Assembly (NCBI GenBank): GCA_014905635.1
Contig: JABVCE010000022.1
Location: 248,001 to 312,000 of the forward strand
Reading direction: 5' to 3'
DNA length: 64,000 bases
DNA from: Scenedesmus sp. PABB004
Lineage: Eukaryota
Each line of letters begins with the position of its first letter. Within the stretch, counting starts at the first letter, position 1. Below, in pieces: positions 1 through 12,600 of the stretch. Below the pieces are notes generated by a model that saw nothing but the letters and a program-made list of their open reading frames with translations, did no database searches and was not told the DNA's origin. The translations under genes and the position numbers were made by a program.

Positions 1-71
1 TGCGCGGCGGTCTCGTCCGGAGCGACGCACGCGGCGAGCAGCGCGGCGGCGTGCTGCGCCGCGTCGTCCAT
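1..71 (-). CDS. 5' end of an unidentified gene running off the window edge (MDDAAQHAAALLAACVAPDETA...)
   Basis: ATG at 71 in GCGATGG context and an open frame to the edge; too short to identify. Confidence 0.35.
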   Translation of the reverse strand, partial: MDDAAQHAAALLAACVAPDETAA

Positions 72-334
72 CGCCGCTGGTGCCTGCTGGCTGTGCTGCT
101 GGTGATCTACGCTCAGCCTGCACGCCCGGCACGGCGTCGCTGAACCGCCGCTAGCCAGCCGCGCGCGTGTGGCACGTGCCGCGCCCACGTTTCCGGCCCG
201 CACCACCCAGGCGCCGCCCCCGCGGCGCTGCGATGCCCCGCCAGCCGCGCCTCCCCGCCCGCCCGCCCGCCCGCCCGCCCGCCCGGCCCGGCCCGCCCGC
301 CCGCGCCCGCCGCCGGGCGCGCCGCGGCGCCCGC

Positions 335-1190
335 TCAGCTGAGCGCCGCGCCCTCGGCGTCCTTGCTCTTGAGCTGCGACGCGACCTCGTCGATGGAGGC
401 GTTGAGCTGCGCGATCTTGTCGATCAGGTCCTGCTTGGTCGCCTCGGGGTCCTTTGGCGCCTCGTCCTCGAGGAAGCGCGGCAGACGCAGCCGCGCGTCG
501 TCGCTCAGCAGCGTCTTGCTGATCTAGCATGTGCCAGGTGCGGCGGTGGCGGCGCGCGGGCGGGCGGCAGGCAGCGGGCGGGTCGCACGCGGGGCGCGCG
601 GCGCGGCGCGGGCCGCCGCCGCGCCTGCCGCCGGGGGATGCCTCGGCCCCGCTGCCGCCCCCGCCGCCGCTGCCGCCGCTGCCGCCCCCGCCGCTGCTGC
701 CGTCGCTGCTGCCCCCGCTGCCGCCGCGGCGCCGCACCTGCGGCGCCAGGAGGAAGCCGAGCGCGCCAAACACGACGCCGCCGACGACAAAGCCCGCCAG
801 GAAGTTGGAGTCGCTGCTGCGCTCCGCCCTGAGAGCGGCGAAAGAGGTGGTGCGTCCCAGACGGGGAGGTGGGGCAGGGCGGGGAGCGGCGCGCCCGCGG
901 CGGCCCCCGTCGCCGCGCGCCGCCGCCGCTGCTCCGCTCGCGCGCGCCGCCGCCGCACCTGGCCACCACCGTGCGCCGCCGGGAAGCGCGGCACGGCGCG
1001 CAGGTGGGCGTCGCCAGCGCCTGGCGGGGCGCGGCGCGCAGCTGCTGCGCGCCTGCGTCGCGGGCCGCCCCGCATGCGCGGCCGCAGCGCGTGAGCTCTG
1101 CGCGCGCCGGGCGGGCCTGCGCCGCGCGCCGGCAATCCACCCTGGACGTCCCGTCGTCCCTGCCGCACCGTGCTTCATCGCCAGCGCCAT
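335..1190 (-). CDS. Small chloroplast inner-envelope protein (Arabidopsis At1g42960-like), 4 exons
   Basis: Spliced product has a transit-peptide-like N-terminus (MALAMKHGAQQLRAAPR...RRTVVAR), a TM segment NFLAGFVVGGVVFGALGFLLAPQ and a C-terminus RLPRFLEDE...KQDLIDKIAQLNASIDEVASQL, matching the family as I recall it. Confidence 0.8.
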
Positions 1191-1488
1191 GGCGCGGTCT
1201 GTGCTGCTGCTGCTGCCGGATGGGGCGCGGCGCGCCGGCTCGCTGCTGCTGAGGGCGCGGGTGCTTGCGCGGAGGGCGGTGAGGCTGTGGGCGGGCGCGC
1301 GGCGGGGCTCGGGGTGCAGGTCTGAGCGGCGGCGGCGGCGGCGTGCCAAAGCCCACTTTCGCGAGCGCACGCGCTCACACCCGCACTCTGCCGCTCGTGC
1401 CTCCGCCTCCACCGCGCCGCCTCCTGCTGGCAACCCGCCGGCACCGGGCACGCGCCGAACGACAGGCAGCGGCGGCCGCGCGCCGACG

Positions 1489-3463
1489 ATGGGCGCCCGG
1501 GCCTGCTGCGGGGCAGCGGCGGGGCCGGCGGGCGCCCTGGGTCTGCTGCTGTGCCTCCTGTGCCTCCTGCCCTCGCCCGCGGCAGGCGGCGCGGCGGCGG
1601 CAGCGGCGGGGGTGGAGGCCGCGCTGAAGGCCGACGCGGCGGCGCTCGCGCCCTGGCTTGTGGCGCTGCGCCGCGAGCTCCACGCCGCGCCGGAGCTCAT
1701 GTTTGACCTCCCCGCCACGTCGGCACGCGTGCGCGCGGCGCTGGAGGAGCTGGGCATCCCCGTGGAGGGGCCGTACGCGACGAGCGGCCTCGTCGGCCGG
1801 CTCGGGCGCGGCGCGCCGGTCGTGGCGCTGCGCGCCGACATGGACGCGCTGCCCGTGCACGAGCCGCCGGGGCTGCCGTTCCGCAGCAAGAACGAGGGCG
1901 TCATGCACGCCTGCGGCCACGACGGTGCGGCCGCGCAGCGCCGGCCGCCGCCGCGCCCGCCGCCGCCGGACCCGCCCGGCGACGCCCGCCCGCCCGCCGG
2001 GCGCGCGCGCCCGCCCGCCAGCCCATATGACGATGCTGCTGGGCGCGGCGAAGCTGCTCAAGGCGCGCGAGGCGAGCCTGAAGGGCACGGTGCTGCTCGT
2101 GTTCCAGCCGGCCGAGGAGGGCGGCGCCGGCGCGGACGTGATGATCCGCGCCGGCGCCATCGACGGCGCGGACGCCGCGTTCGGCATGCACGTGCTGCCC
2201 AGCATCCCGACGGGGCAGCTCGCGCTGCGGGCGGGCACGCTCATGGCCGGGGTGCGGCACGCGCCGCCGCCCGGCAACCACGCCGCGCTGCGGGGGGCCA
2301 CGGCAGCGAGCGCGCCGCAGCCGCCCGCCGCCCCACGCCCCGCCGCGCCGTCGCCCCGCCGCCCTGCCGCCGGCAGTCGCTGACGTTCAAGTTCACCGTC
2401 ACGGGGCGCGGCGGCCACGCGGCGCTGCCGCACCTCAACATCGACCCCGTGCCCGCCGCGGCGGCGCTCATCCAGGCGCTGCAGGTGCGCGGCGCCGGTC
2501 GGCGGGCGCCTGCACGCGCGGCGCTGCGCCCGACCCGCCGCACGCCGCGCGCCGCCGCCGCCGGTGGGCAGGTGCTCGTGTCGCGCGAGACGTCGCCGCT
2601 GGGCAGCGCGGTGCTGAGCGTCACGCAGCTGCAGGCGCGGCCGCGGCCGCGGGCGCGCCCGCCCTGCGCGCGCGGCCGCCGCGCCCGCCCCGCGCGCGCC
2701 GCCGCGCCCGCCCACGCCCGCGCGCCGTCCGCCGGCCGCAGGGGAGCGACGCCGACAACATCATCCCCGACGTCGTCACGCTGCGCGGCACGCTGCGCGC
2801 GCTGACGCACGAGCACATGGAGTTTATGCGCCGCCGCATCGAGGAGGTCGTGCCCGCCGCGGTCGGCGCATACCAGTGCAACGGCACCGTCGACTGGCAG
2901 CTCGGCCACCACCCCTACTACCCGCCCACGGTGCGCGGCGCTTGCAGGACGCTTGCAGGACGCGCGCGCGCGTGCTCGCAGGACGCTCGCAGGACGCGCG
3001 CGCGCGGCTCGCACGACGCGCGCAGGACGCGCGCGGCGCTGACGCGGCCGCCCGCCCGGCGCAGGTCAACGACCCGGCGGCCGCGGCGCTCGCGCGCGAG
3101 GCGGCGGCCGCGGTGCTCGGCGCCGACAACGTGAGCGCCGCGCCGCGCCCGGCGCCTCGGCGCGCGCCGCGCACCGCGGCGCGCGAACCACGCCGCCGCG
3201 CGGCGCCGCAGGTCCTCGACACGGAGCCGATCATGCCGGCCGAGGACTTTGCGTTTTTCACGCGCGCGGTGCCGTCGTCGTTCATGTTCATCGGCATCCG
3301 CAACGAGTCGGTCGGCGCGACCGCCAACCTGCACAGCCCCGCGTTCGCGCTCGACGAGGGCGTGCTGCCGCTCGGCGCAGCGGTGCACGCGAACCTCGCG
3401 CTGCGCTTCCTCGACGGCGGCCTCCCGGGCGGCGGCGGCGGCGGCGCCAGGGATGAGCTGTGA
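1489..3463 (+). CDS. IAA-amino acid hydrolase ILR1-like M20 amidohydrolase, ER-resident, 7 exons
   Basis: Signal peptide; motifs RRELHAAPEL, ALRADMDALP, MHACGHD|AH, FQPAEEGG, GRGGHAA, AEDFAFF, LHSP; C-terminal RDEL. Confidence 0.92.
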
Positions 3464-3748
3464 GGGCGGCGGCGGCGGGTGACGCTGTCGCGCGGCGTGC
3501 CCGCTGCGCGGACCGCGCTTCAGCGTTGTGCCCCAGCGCGGCCGCGCGGCGCCGCGCGGTGCACACCCGTCAGCCCCATTGTGCTGGCAGCCCCACTGCA
3601 GCCAGCTCGCACAGGCTCCCAGCACACGCACCGCCAGCAGCAGCCCGGCGTCGCTGCCAAGCGCCGCCGAGCCGCGCGAGCGCCGCCGCCCGAGGTGCAC
3701 CGCCCTTCGATCGTGGGGCCCCGCCTGCTGGCCTCTGCGGGCCGTGGC

Positions 3749-6700
3749 ATGGCCCTGGCGGCCGCGGCTGGCCCCACCCCCCGGCACTGCCTGCGCACAG
3801 CGGCGCGCCTGACCGGCCTGCGGGGTCGCTACGCGCAGCCCGGGTCGCCCGCAACCCGCCCGACGTGGCAGCCGAGCGCCGGCGGCACTCCGCAGCCCGG
3901 CGTCGCCCGCGCGGCGAGCAGCAGCGGCAGCGGCCCCGCCGGCGCGGCGCCGCCCCTGCTCGGCGGGATGGAGCACACCGTCCCCGGCGCGGCGGTGCGC
4001 GACACCATCGCGCTCACGCCCGAGGAGCGGGCGCTGTTCGACACGCTGCTCGCGGCGGCGCGCTTTGCGGGCGGCGGCACGGTGCTGCGCGCCGCGGGCG
4101 GCTGGGTGCGCGACAAGCTGCTGGGCAGGGAGTCCAAGGACATCGACATCGCGCTGGACAACATGCTCGGCAAGGACTTTGCCGACAAGGCGCGGCGCCG
4201 GCGCCGGCGCGCGCGGCGGGTGCCAGGCGGGCCGGCGCTGCCCGAGCCGCGGCGCCGCCGGCGGGCAGGCGGGCCGACGACGACGGCGCCGCCCTGCGCC
4301 CACGCGCCGTGCCGCGGCGCGCGCCGCGCGCAGGTGAACGAGTACCTCGCGGCGCAGGGGCGCGAGACGCGCAGCGCGGCGGTGATCCACAGCAACCCCG
4401 ACCAGTCGAAGCACCTCGAGACCGCGCGCATGCGCGTCGACGGGCTCTGGGTCGACCTCGTCAACCTGCGCAGCGAGAGCTACGCCGACGGCAGCCGCAT
4501 CCCAACGATGGAGTTTGGCACGCCGCTGCAGGACGCGATGCGCCGGTGCGCGCCGGCGCCGGCGCTTTGGCGGCGCCGGCTGGCAGCGCGCGCGCGCGCA
4601 CCCGCGCGCAAGCGACTCAGCCCAGCGCGCCCGCGCGCGCGTGGGCGGCGCTGCGCAGCGACTTCACCATCAACAGCCTGTTCTACAACCTCAACGCGGG
4701 CGCGGTCGAGGACCTCACCGGCACGGGGCTCGACGACCTGCGCGCGGGGCGCCTGCGCACGCCGCTGCCGCCGCACGAGACGTTCATGGACGGTGCGGCG
4801 CATGCGACAGCGGTGGCAACGGCGGCAGCGCGGCGGCGGCGGCAGCGCGGCGGCGGCGGCAGCGCGGCGGCGGCGGCGCGGCGCAGCGGCGGCGGCAGCG
4901 GCAGTGCAGCGGCGGGCGCGGGCGGCAGTGCAGCGGCGCGGGCGGTGCGGGCAACGCGGGCGGCAGTGCAGCGGCGCGGGCGGTGCGGGCGGCGCGGGCG
5001 GCAGTGCAGCGGCGCGGGCGGTGCGGGCGGCGCAGGTCGCGCGGGCGGCGGCCGTTGCGGGCGCGGCTGACGGCTCAGCGACGGGGGGTGCGCCGCCGCC
5101 GCCGCCCGTCGCGCCGCGCAGACCCGCTGCGCGTGCTGCGCGCGGTGCGCTTTGCGACGCGCTTTGGCTTCGCGCCCGACCAGGCCATCCTGACGGCGGC
5201 CGCCAGCGATGAGGTGCGGCGCCGGTCGCGTGTGTTTGCTCGCGTGTGTTTGCGCGTGGTTTCCGGTTTGTTGCGCCACGTGCGCGCTCGTTCCCCCGGT
5301 TCCCGCGCAACCGCGACCGCCGCACGCGTGGCCCGCCGCCGCCGCGCCGCCGCTCACGGCGCCGGCGCGGCGCCAGCCTCGCCGCCTGCCTTGGCCGCGT
5401 CCGCGTCCGCGCCGCCCGGCTTGGCCGCGTCGGCCGCGCCGGCCGCCACGCCGGGCGGCACGGTGACCTCGCGGTAAAGCAGCAGGTAGGCCATGTGCCA
5501 GTCGCCGCCGCCGTTGAGGGCGAGCACGTCCTCTGCGGTCTTGACCGTCAGCTCGTCGTCGTCAAACAGCACCCAGCTGCCGTCGGCCTGCTTCACCCAC
5601 GCGACGTAGTGCCCCGAGTCGGCGCTGCGCCCCTTGTGCGTCAGCACGCCCGACAGCTCGTACCGCCCTGCGCGGTTGGGGGCGGGGGCGGAGCGGGGGC
5701 GGGGCAGGGTCGCGGTCGCCCGCGGGGCTGGGCCTGGGCGCCGCACCGCCGCGGCGCGGCCGTCGCTGCACGCGCGCGCGCGGCGCACCCGTCGGTGCGA
5801 CCGCCGCGCCGCTCGACGTGCCCGGCGCGCTGGCGGCCGCGTCCGCCATCTCCACGTCGGCGCCCGAGCTGCTCGCGCCGGCGTCGCCGCCGAGCGCCGG
5901 GGCGGGCTTGGGGCCGTCCTCGGTCTTCAGCTGCTTGGCGGTGCGCTTCTCCTGCGCGCGCACGTCGCATCGCCGGCAGCGGGTGGGCGCCACGGCTGCC
6001 GCGCCCGCGCGCTGCCGCCGCCGCCGCCGCCGCGCGCTGCTGCTGCCGCACCAGCGCGAGCTTGTCCTGGTAGTCCTTCAGCGCCGCGCGCGGCCCCGCG
6101 AGCTGCGCCTGCAGCTCGGGGGTGCAAAAATCGTAGGCGTCAAACTCGAGCGGGAACGTGACCTGCGCCGCGGCGCGCGCGCGGGGTGGGCGGCGCGCGG
6201 CGCGGCCGCGCCGCGCGGGCAGCACACGTGCGGCACACGCTCAGCGCGGGGCAGCGCCTTGTCCCGCGCGGTCACCTTGCGCAGGATCTTGGCCTTTTGC
6301 TGCACGTCTGCCTTGTAGAAGAAGCGCACCATCTGCACCGTGAGGTAGGGCGGCAGGCCCGCGAGCTTGGCGCCGCCCTTGAACAGCACCAGCTTGTCTG
6401 CGCCGCCGGCGTGCAGGGCGGGCGGGCGGGCGGGCGGGGCAGGCGGGCGTGGGCGGGGCAGGCGGGCGTGGGCGGGGCCCCGCCGCGCGGCGGGGCACGG
6501 CGCGGCCGTCTGCGGCGCGGCGCGGCGCGGCGGCGGGGCCCGCGCACCCGCGACGGCGCTGTTCTTCTCGCGGTCCTCCACCAGCCCCAGCGCGACGCCC
6601 TGGTGGAGGTAGTTGACGTCCACGCTGATGTTGCACTTGACCGAGTACGTGGTCGACGCCTCCTGCGCGCACAACGCCGCGCGCGCGCGGGGGCAGGCGG

Positions 6701-9262
6701 GCGACCGGGGCGGGGCGGCAGCGGGGTCAGGCGGGGAGGGCGGGCGGGGCGGCCGCCGCGCTGGTGCTGCTGCTGGCCGGCTGCGCCCCCCGTGGCTGGC
6801 CCGCACCTCAAACTCCTCGCCCGTCTCCTCGCACTTGAGCTTGGTCAGCAGCTTCACGCCAAACAGCTTGTCCACGAGCGGCGCGCCGCCGGCGTCCTGC
6901 GGCGGCGGCGGCGGCGGCGCGCTCGCGCCCTGCGCCGCCCGCCCGCCGGGGCCCGCGCGCGGCAGGGGCCCGGGCCGGGGCTCGCGGGTGCGCGCGCCGC
7001 GCACCTTGAGCTGCTCCTTGAGCGTGTACATGACCTGCGTCCAGCACTCCTCCGCGTCCTGCTGCATGTACAGGCCCTCGTTGGTCTGCTGCGCAAACTG
7101 GGGGAAGCGCTGCCGCAGCGTGAGCAGGAACTTGAACGGCGGGAACGCCTCGCCGCCGCGGGAGAGGTCGGCGAAGAGCTCGCGCGTCGCCGCGACGAGC
7201 TTGGCGCCGGGGTCGGCGGGCGGCGCGCCGGGCGGCGCGGCGCCGCCGAGCAGCGCCGCGCGCAGGCCCGCGACGGAGTAGAGGCACTGCAGCGTGGAGT
7301 TCATGTAGCAGGTGTTGCCCAGGTTCTTGAGCCCCGCGCCGTACGCGCGCGTCTCGAGCGTCTGCTGCTCAGCCTCTGGCAGGTCCTCCACGAACTGCGG
7401 CGCGTTGGCGGGCGCCTCCACGGGCGCGGCGTCGGCGGAGCCCATCATCATGATCGTCATGCCCGCCTTGGGCGCGGCGCGGCCCCACTCGTCGTCCTTG
7501 AGCTGCGCGCCCTTGATCAGCACGCGCTGCCGCTCGGGCGGGACGCCGCTGAGCGTGAACAGCTGGCTCTTGAACACCAGGGGGGGCTGGGAGACGTCCA
7601 GCTCGATGTCGCTGAACGTCTCCTTGCCCCATTTCACGTTGACGAGCATGGCTGCGGCGCAACCGCCAAACTGTCGCGCCCACCGGGCGCCGCGCGGGCT
7701 GCGGGGCCGCGCGGTGGCCTGCGGGACGCCGGCCTCGCCGCGACGGGGGGCCGAGAGGGGGCCGGGGCGAGGGCGCGAATGAGGCGAGGCCGCTGCTGCT
7801 CGGCCGCCGAGGGCGCGCACGGGGCTGGGGCGCGGGCGAGTGGGCCGCCGGGACGGACTGGGGGGCGCCCCGCCGATCGCTCGGGCACGCATGCGCCGGC
7901 GGCGGTTCCAGGGCGCGGGCGCTGAGCCCCGCGCGCTGCGCCGCCGCCGCTGCCACGCAGGTGCGCGCCGCCCTCGGCTCCAAGATCAGCCGCGAGCGCA
8001 TCGGCACGGAGCTGGAGGGCATGTTTGGCGGTAAGGCCGCGGCGCGGCGCGGCGGTGCCGCCGCGCAGCGCGTGCGCCGAGGCCCTCCGCGCCCCGCCCG
8101 TGCAGGCTCGTCGCCCTCCGCGTCGGTGCGCCTGCTGCAGCAGCTGTCGCTGTTCGGCCAGGTCTTTGCGCCGCCGCCGGCGCTCGCTGAGACGCTCGGC
8201 CGCGACTGGGGCGCGCCGTGCGTGGAGGTGATGGCCGCCGCGGAGGCGCTCCTCGGTGCGCTGGACCTGCAGGTGCGCGTGCGCGTGCGTCGCGCGCGCC
8301 CGCATGCCCCGCCTGGCAGCGCGCCGGCGCCGCGGCCCCGCCGCAGCCCACGCGCGCCGCGCGCCGCGCAGCTGCCCGAGGACGAGCGGCGCCTGCTGCT
8401 GCTGGCGGCGCTGCTGCTGCCGCTGCGCCGGCTCTCGGTCGCCGGCAAGGGCGGCAAGCCCGCGCCGCTGAGCGGCCACATCATCCGTGAGAGCCTCAAG
8501 TGGCGCGTCAGGGAGGTGGACGGCGTGGCGGCCCTGCACGCGCACGTGGCCGACCTGGCCGCGGTGCACCAGGCCGTCGTCGCGGGCGGCGGCGCCGCTG
8601 GCGCTGAGGCGCCGCCAGACGAGGCGCGCGTGCGGCTCGGCCGCACCATCCGGCAGCTCAAGGGGCAGTGGCGGCTCGGCGCGGTGCTGGTGCCGCTGCT
8701 GCAGCTGCCGGCCGCGGCGCCGCTGGGCGTGGAGCCCGGCAGCGGCGAGGCCGCCGCCGGCGCCGGCGCGGCGCGCGGCGGCAGCGGCGGTGGCGGCAGC
8801 GACGGCGGCGCGGGCGCCGAGCGCGCGCTGCGGGAGCGCGTCGACGCCGTGCAGGCCCTGCTGTCGGCGGCGGCGGGCTTTGGGCTGGAGGACTGCTGGC
8901 AGTGGAAGCCGCTGCTGGACGGCAAGCAGGTGCGGCGGCGCGCGGGCTGCGCGCCCGCGCGGTGCGGCGTGCGGCCAGGGCCGGGCGCTGCTGGCGCAGC
9001 GCGCGCGGTGCGGCGTGGCCGGCCAGGGGCGTTTTGCGGGCCGTGCGGCGGCGCCGACCCCGCCCCACCCCCGCGAGCGCAGCTGGTGGAGCTGCTGGCG
9101 GTGCCCAAGGGCCCCGCGCTGGGCGCGCTGACGGCGGCCGTGATGGACTGGCAGCTCGCGCACCCGGGCGGCACGCGCGACGAGTGCGCCGCGCACGTCA
9201 AGGCCGCCTACGAGAGCGGCGCGATCGCCGTGCCCGCCGGCGGCGGCGGCGGCCGCAAGTGA
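3749..9262 (+). CDS. CCA1: CCA tRNA nucleotidyltransferase (class II), 8 exons; intron 4 (5214-7960) contains another gene
   Basis: Motifs LRAAGGWVRDKLLG, DIDIALD, NPDQSKHLETA, VDLVNLRSESY, RRDFTINSLFYN, D|DPLRVLRAVRF, KISRERIGTEL and KPLLDGK. The start may be ATG 3749 or 3968. Confidence 0.92.
4901..5033. repeat. Intronic minisatellite with a 38-bp unit (GCAGTGCAGCGGCGCGGGCGGTGCGGGC...)
   Basis: GCAGTGCAGCGGCG starts at 4901, 4925, 4963 and 5001. Confidence 0.8.
5354..7649 (-). CDS. UBP6: Ubiquitin C-terminal hydrolase 6 (UBP6/USP14, proteasome-associated), 7 exons, nested antisense in the CCA gene intron
   Basis: N-terminal UBL (MLVNVKWGKE...FKSQLFTLSGVPPERQ), Cys box GLKNLGNTCYMNSTLQCL, QQDAEECW, His box LTHKGRSADSGHYVAWVK, and GGGDWHMAYLLLY. 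Confidence 0.95.
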
Positions 9263-9667
9263 GGGCCGCCGCGCGGCGCGCGGCCGGGGCGGCCGGGCGC
9301 GCGCGCGCGCGCGCGGCGTCACCTTTGACCCCGGCGCTCGTGCGGTGTTGGCGTCTGTGACGGCTCCGCGCGGTGGCCACCGGCGACGCGGCCGCACGGG
9401 CCGCGGCTGCTGCGTCGCCGCGAGGGCATGTGTTACTGACTGACATCGGCCCGCACCGAGGCCCCGCCTCGCCCCGCGTTTCGAGCAGTGTTGGAGTGCC
9501 TCCCCGCGGCTCGCGGCAGCGCGGCGCGACGACAGCGATGCCAAGTATCTAGGCCCGCCGCTACTGGCGGGCGCGCTCGTCCGCGGCCGCGCCCGGCCGC
9601 AGCACGCGCGGGGCCGCTCCCGGCGGCCGCCGCCGGGCGGGCGGCGTGCGCGGCGGGGCCGGGCGCC

Positions 9668-12600
9668 ATGGGCGCGCAGCAGAGCCTGGCGCGCCGCGAG
9701 GGCGGCGCGCGGCCGTTGGGCGGCAGCAAGGTCACGGAGCGGTGAGGCGCCGCGCGCGGGGCGCGGGCGGCGCGCGGGCAGGCGGGGCCCGGGGGGGGGG
9801 GGGCGAAGGGGGCGGCATCGCCTCTCCCGTCGCGCGCCGTGCGCCGGCCGCGATCGCCCGCGTGGCGCGGCCCATCACGCCCCCTGCGCCGCCCCCCGGT
9901 CGTGGCGCAGCGTGCAGCTGCTGGAGGAGCTGGTGCTGTCGGGGCCGAGCGTCGGCAGGCGGCACGAGCTCCTGGCCCAGCTCACGGACGCCGGGGCGGG
10001 GGACCCCAGCCAGCCGGGCTACCGCTTCCTTCCCGCCGCGCCGGAGGAGTTCAAGCTCGGCTGCCTCATCGCGGCGGGCTCGTACGGCCGCGTGTACGCA
10101 GGTGCGCCGCCGGCCGCTGCAGCGCGGCCCGCCGGCGCGGCCGCGCTCGCGCGGCGGCGGCGGTGGCGGCGGCGGCGGCGGCGGCCGACCGGCGCGCGCG
10201 CGCGCAGGCACGTACTGTGGGCAGCCCGCGGCGCTGAAGCTGCTGATCCTGGACGAGGACAGCGCGGCGGCGATCCTGAACGAGGTGCGCCTGTGCCTCA
10301 AGCTCTCCCACAAGAACCTGGTGCGCCTGCTCGACTGCGCGGTCGTCAGCACGTCGCACGGCGCGGCGCCGCAGCAGGTGCGCGCGCACGGCGCGGCGCG
10401 CGCGGCGCCGACGCGCGCAGCGCGCGGGGCGGGCGCGCGCCGCGGGGGCGCGCGCGCGCTCACGCCGCCCCCCCCTGCCCCCCACCGACCGACTCCAGGA
10501 CACCTGCGACGGCTGGCTCAGCGCCGGCAGCGGCCAGGCCGCGGGCGCGCACGACGCCGGCGGCGTGTTCGGCAGCCCGCCACTGCTCGCGGCGCCGCCG
10601 GGCAGCCCTGCGGGCGGCGCCGTCGTGGCGCGCGCGTCGTCGGGCTCGCCGCGCGGCGGCGGCCACATCACGGGCACCGACCTGCTGTGCGCCGCGCCGG
10701 AGCGCGCGCTCGCGCTCACGTCGCCGGCGGGGCACGCGTGCTTCGAGGTGTGGATCGCGATGGAGCTGTGCGACGGCACGCTCGCGGAGCAGGTGCAGCG
10801 CGGCTTCCAGTACCTCCCCGGCAGCCACCAGGTCGACATGGTGAGCCGCAGCCCGTCCCGTCCGGCGCCGGCGGCGGCGGGGGCGGCAGGGGGCGGCGCA
10901 GGGCGCCAGGCGCCGAGCCGCGCGCTCCGAGCCGCGCGCGCTGAGCCGCGCCGCCGCTGCCGCGGCCGGCCGCGGGGCGCAGGAGCTGCTGCTGACGCTC
11001 GCGCTGGACATCGCGCGCGCGCTGGGCTACATGCACGCCGAGCACGTGTGCCACGGCGACCTCAAGAGCGAGAACGTGCTGCTCAAGGCGCTCTCGCCCG
11101 GCTCCGACATGGCGAGCAGCGCCGCGTCGGCGCGCGGCGAGGACTGCAGCTGGCTGGGCATGCTGTGCAGCAGCGCGAGCAGCAGCAGCTGCCCCTCGCG
11201 CTGCCGGCGGCACAGCAGCGACTCGTGCTGGAGCTGCTGCAGCCGCTACCCGCCGCCGCCGGGCGCGCGGTCGTGCGGCGGCGACTGCGGCGGCGGCGGC
11301 CCGTGCAGCAGCTCCAGCAGTGAGAGCGACAGCCCCATGTCGGCCGGCCGGCACAGCTCGCGCGGCTCGCGCAGCGGGCACCTGCTGTCCGGCCTCTGCT
11401 GCATCGCCTCCGCCAGCAGCTGCGTGGGCGAGGAGGGCCTCGACGGCGGCCGCGACGACGGGGAGCACGCAGCGCCCTGCGCCGCGCCGGGCGCGTGCGG
11501 TTGCTTCTGCGGCGGCTGCCCGGCCACGTCGGACGCCGGCGACGACGCCGGCCGCAGCGGCAGCGGCAGCGGCAGCGGCAGGCGCCGCGCCGCGCGCGAG
11601 CCGCTGCTGCCCGGCGGGTCCGACGGCACTGCGGCCGGCGACGGCGAGCTGGCGCTGCAGCAGCGGCAGCGGAGCGGCGGCGGCGAGCAGGGCGGCGGCA
11701 TCACCTACATTGCGGCGCTGAGCGGCAGCATGCACCTCCTTCACGGCGGCGAGGCGGGGCCGGCGCCGGGCTCGTGCGGCGCTGACGCCGCCGCGTCGTC
11801 GTGCGACGACCTCGCCGCGCAGCAGCTCGCGCTGCTCAGCGCGCTGCAGGAGGCGGCGCCCGCGCAGCGCGCCGACGACGCAGTGGCGGCAGCGGCGGCG
11901 GCGGAGATGGAGCACGTGGCGCCGCTGAGCCTCTACGCCACGGCGCGCGAGCACCGGCGCTCGCGGCGCCTCAGCCGCACAGGGCTGCTGCCCAACATGC
12001 AGGCCGCGCTCGCGGCGGCGGCGGCGGCGAGCGCGCGCAACAGCTCGCCCGCCGGCAGCGCCAGCAACGGCAGCAACAGCGCCGGCGGCGCCGGCGACGC
12101 CAGCTGCCTCAGCAGCGGCGACGAGGGCGACGACCTCGGCAGCAGCGGGGCCAGCGGCAGCGACCACGAGTCGCCCGCGGGCGCGGCGGAGCCCGGCGCG
12201 GAGGCCGGCGCGATGCCCAGTGCGCTGCTGGAAGGCGCGCGCGTGCCGAGCTGCGCCCTGCCCGGCCGCACGCCGAGCGGACACGAAGTGTATGCCTGCC
12301 CGCTGCCGGGCCGGCGCACGCGGCGCCACAGCTACTGCTACGGCGCGAGCGCCGCCAGCCTGGAGGCGAGCAGCATGCTGCTGCAGCAGCACCTCTACGC
12401 CGGCGCGGCGGCGGGCGCCGCCGGCATTTCGGCGACGGAGGCCGCCGCGGCCATCGCGGCCGCGGCGGAGGCGGTCAAGGCGGAGCTGCGCTCCTCGACG
12501 GCGCCCCCGGGGCGGGCCAGCGCCGGCGCCGCCGGCGGCGGCGGGCGCGGCCGGCGAATGTCGTGGGACAACCACATGCTCCTGCGCGCGACGCCGCCGA

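Noticed and set aside
2935..3040. Short repeats (CTTGCAGGACG/CGCAGGACG; also 4901-5033, 18112-18172, (GC)n at ~46459-46488) as CRISPR or transposon ends
   Set aside because: They are tandem intronic mini/microsatellites with no unique spacers, terminal inverted repeats or cas/transposase genes.
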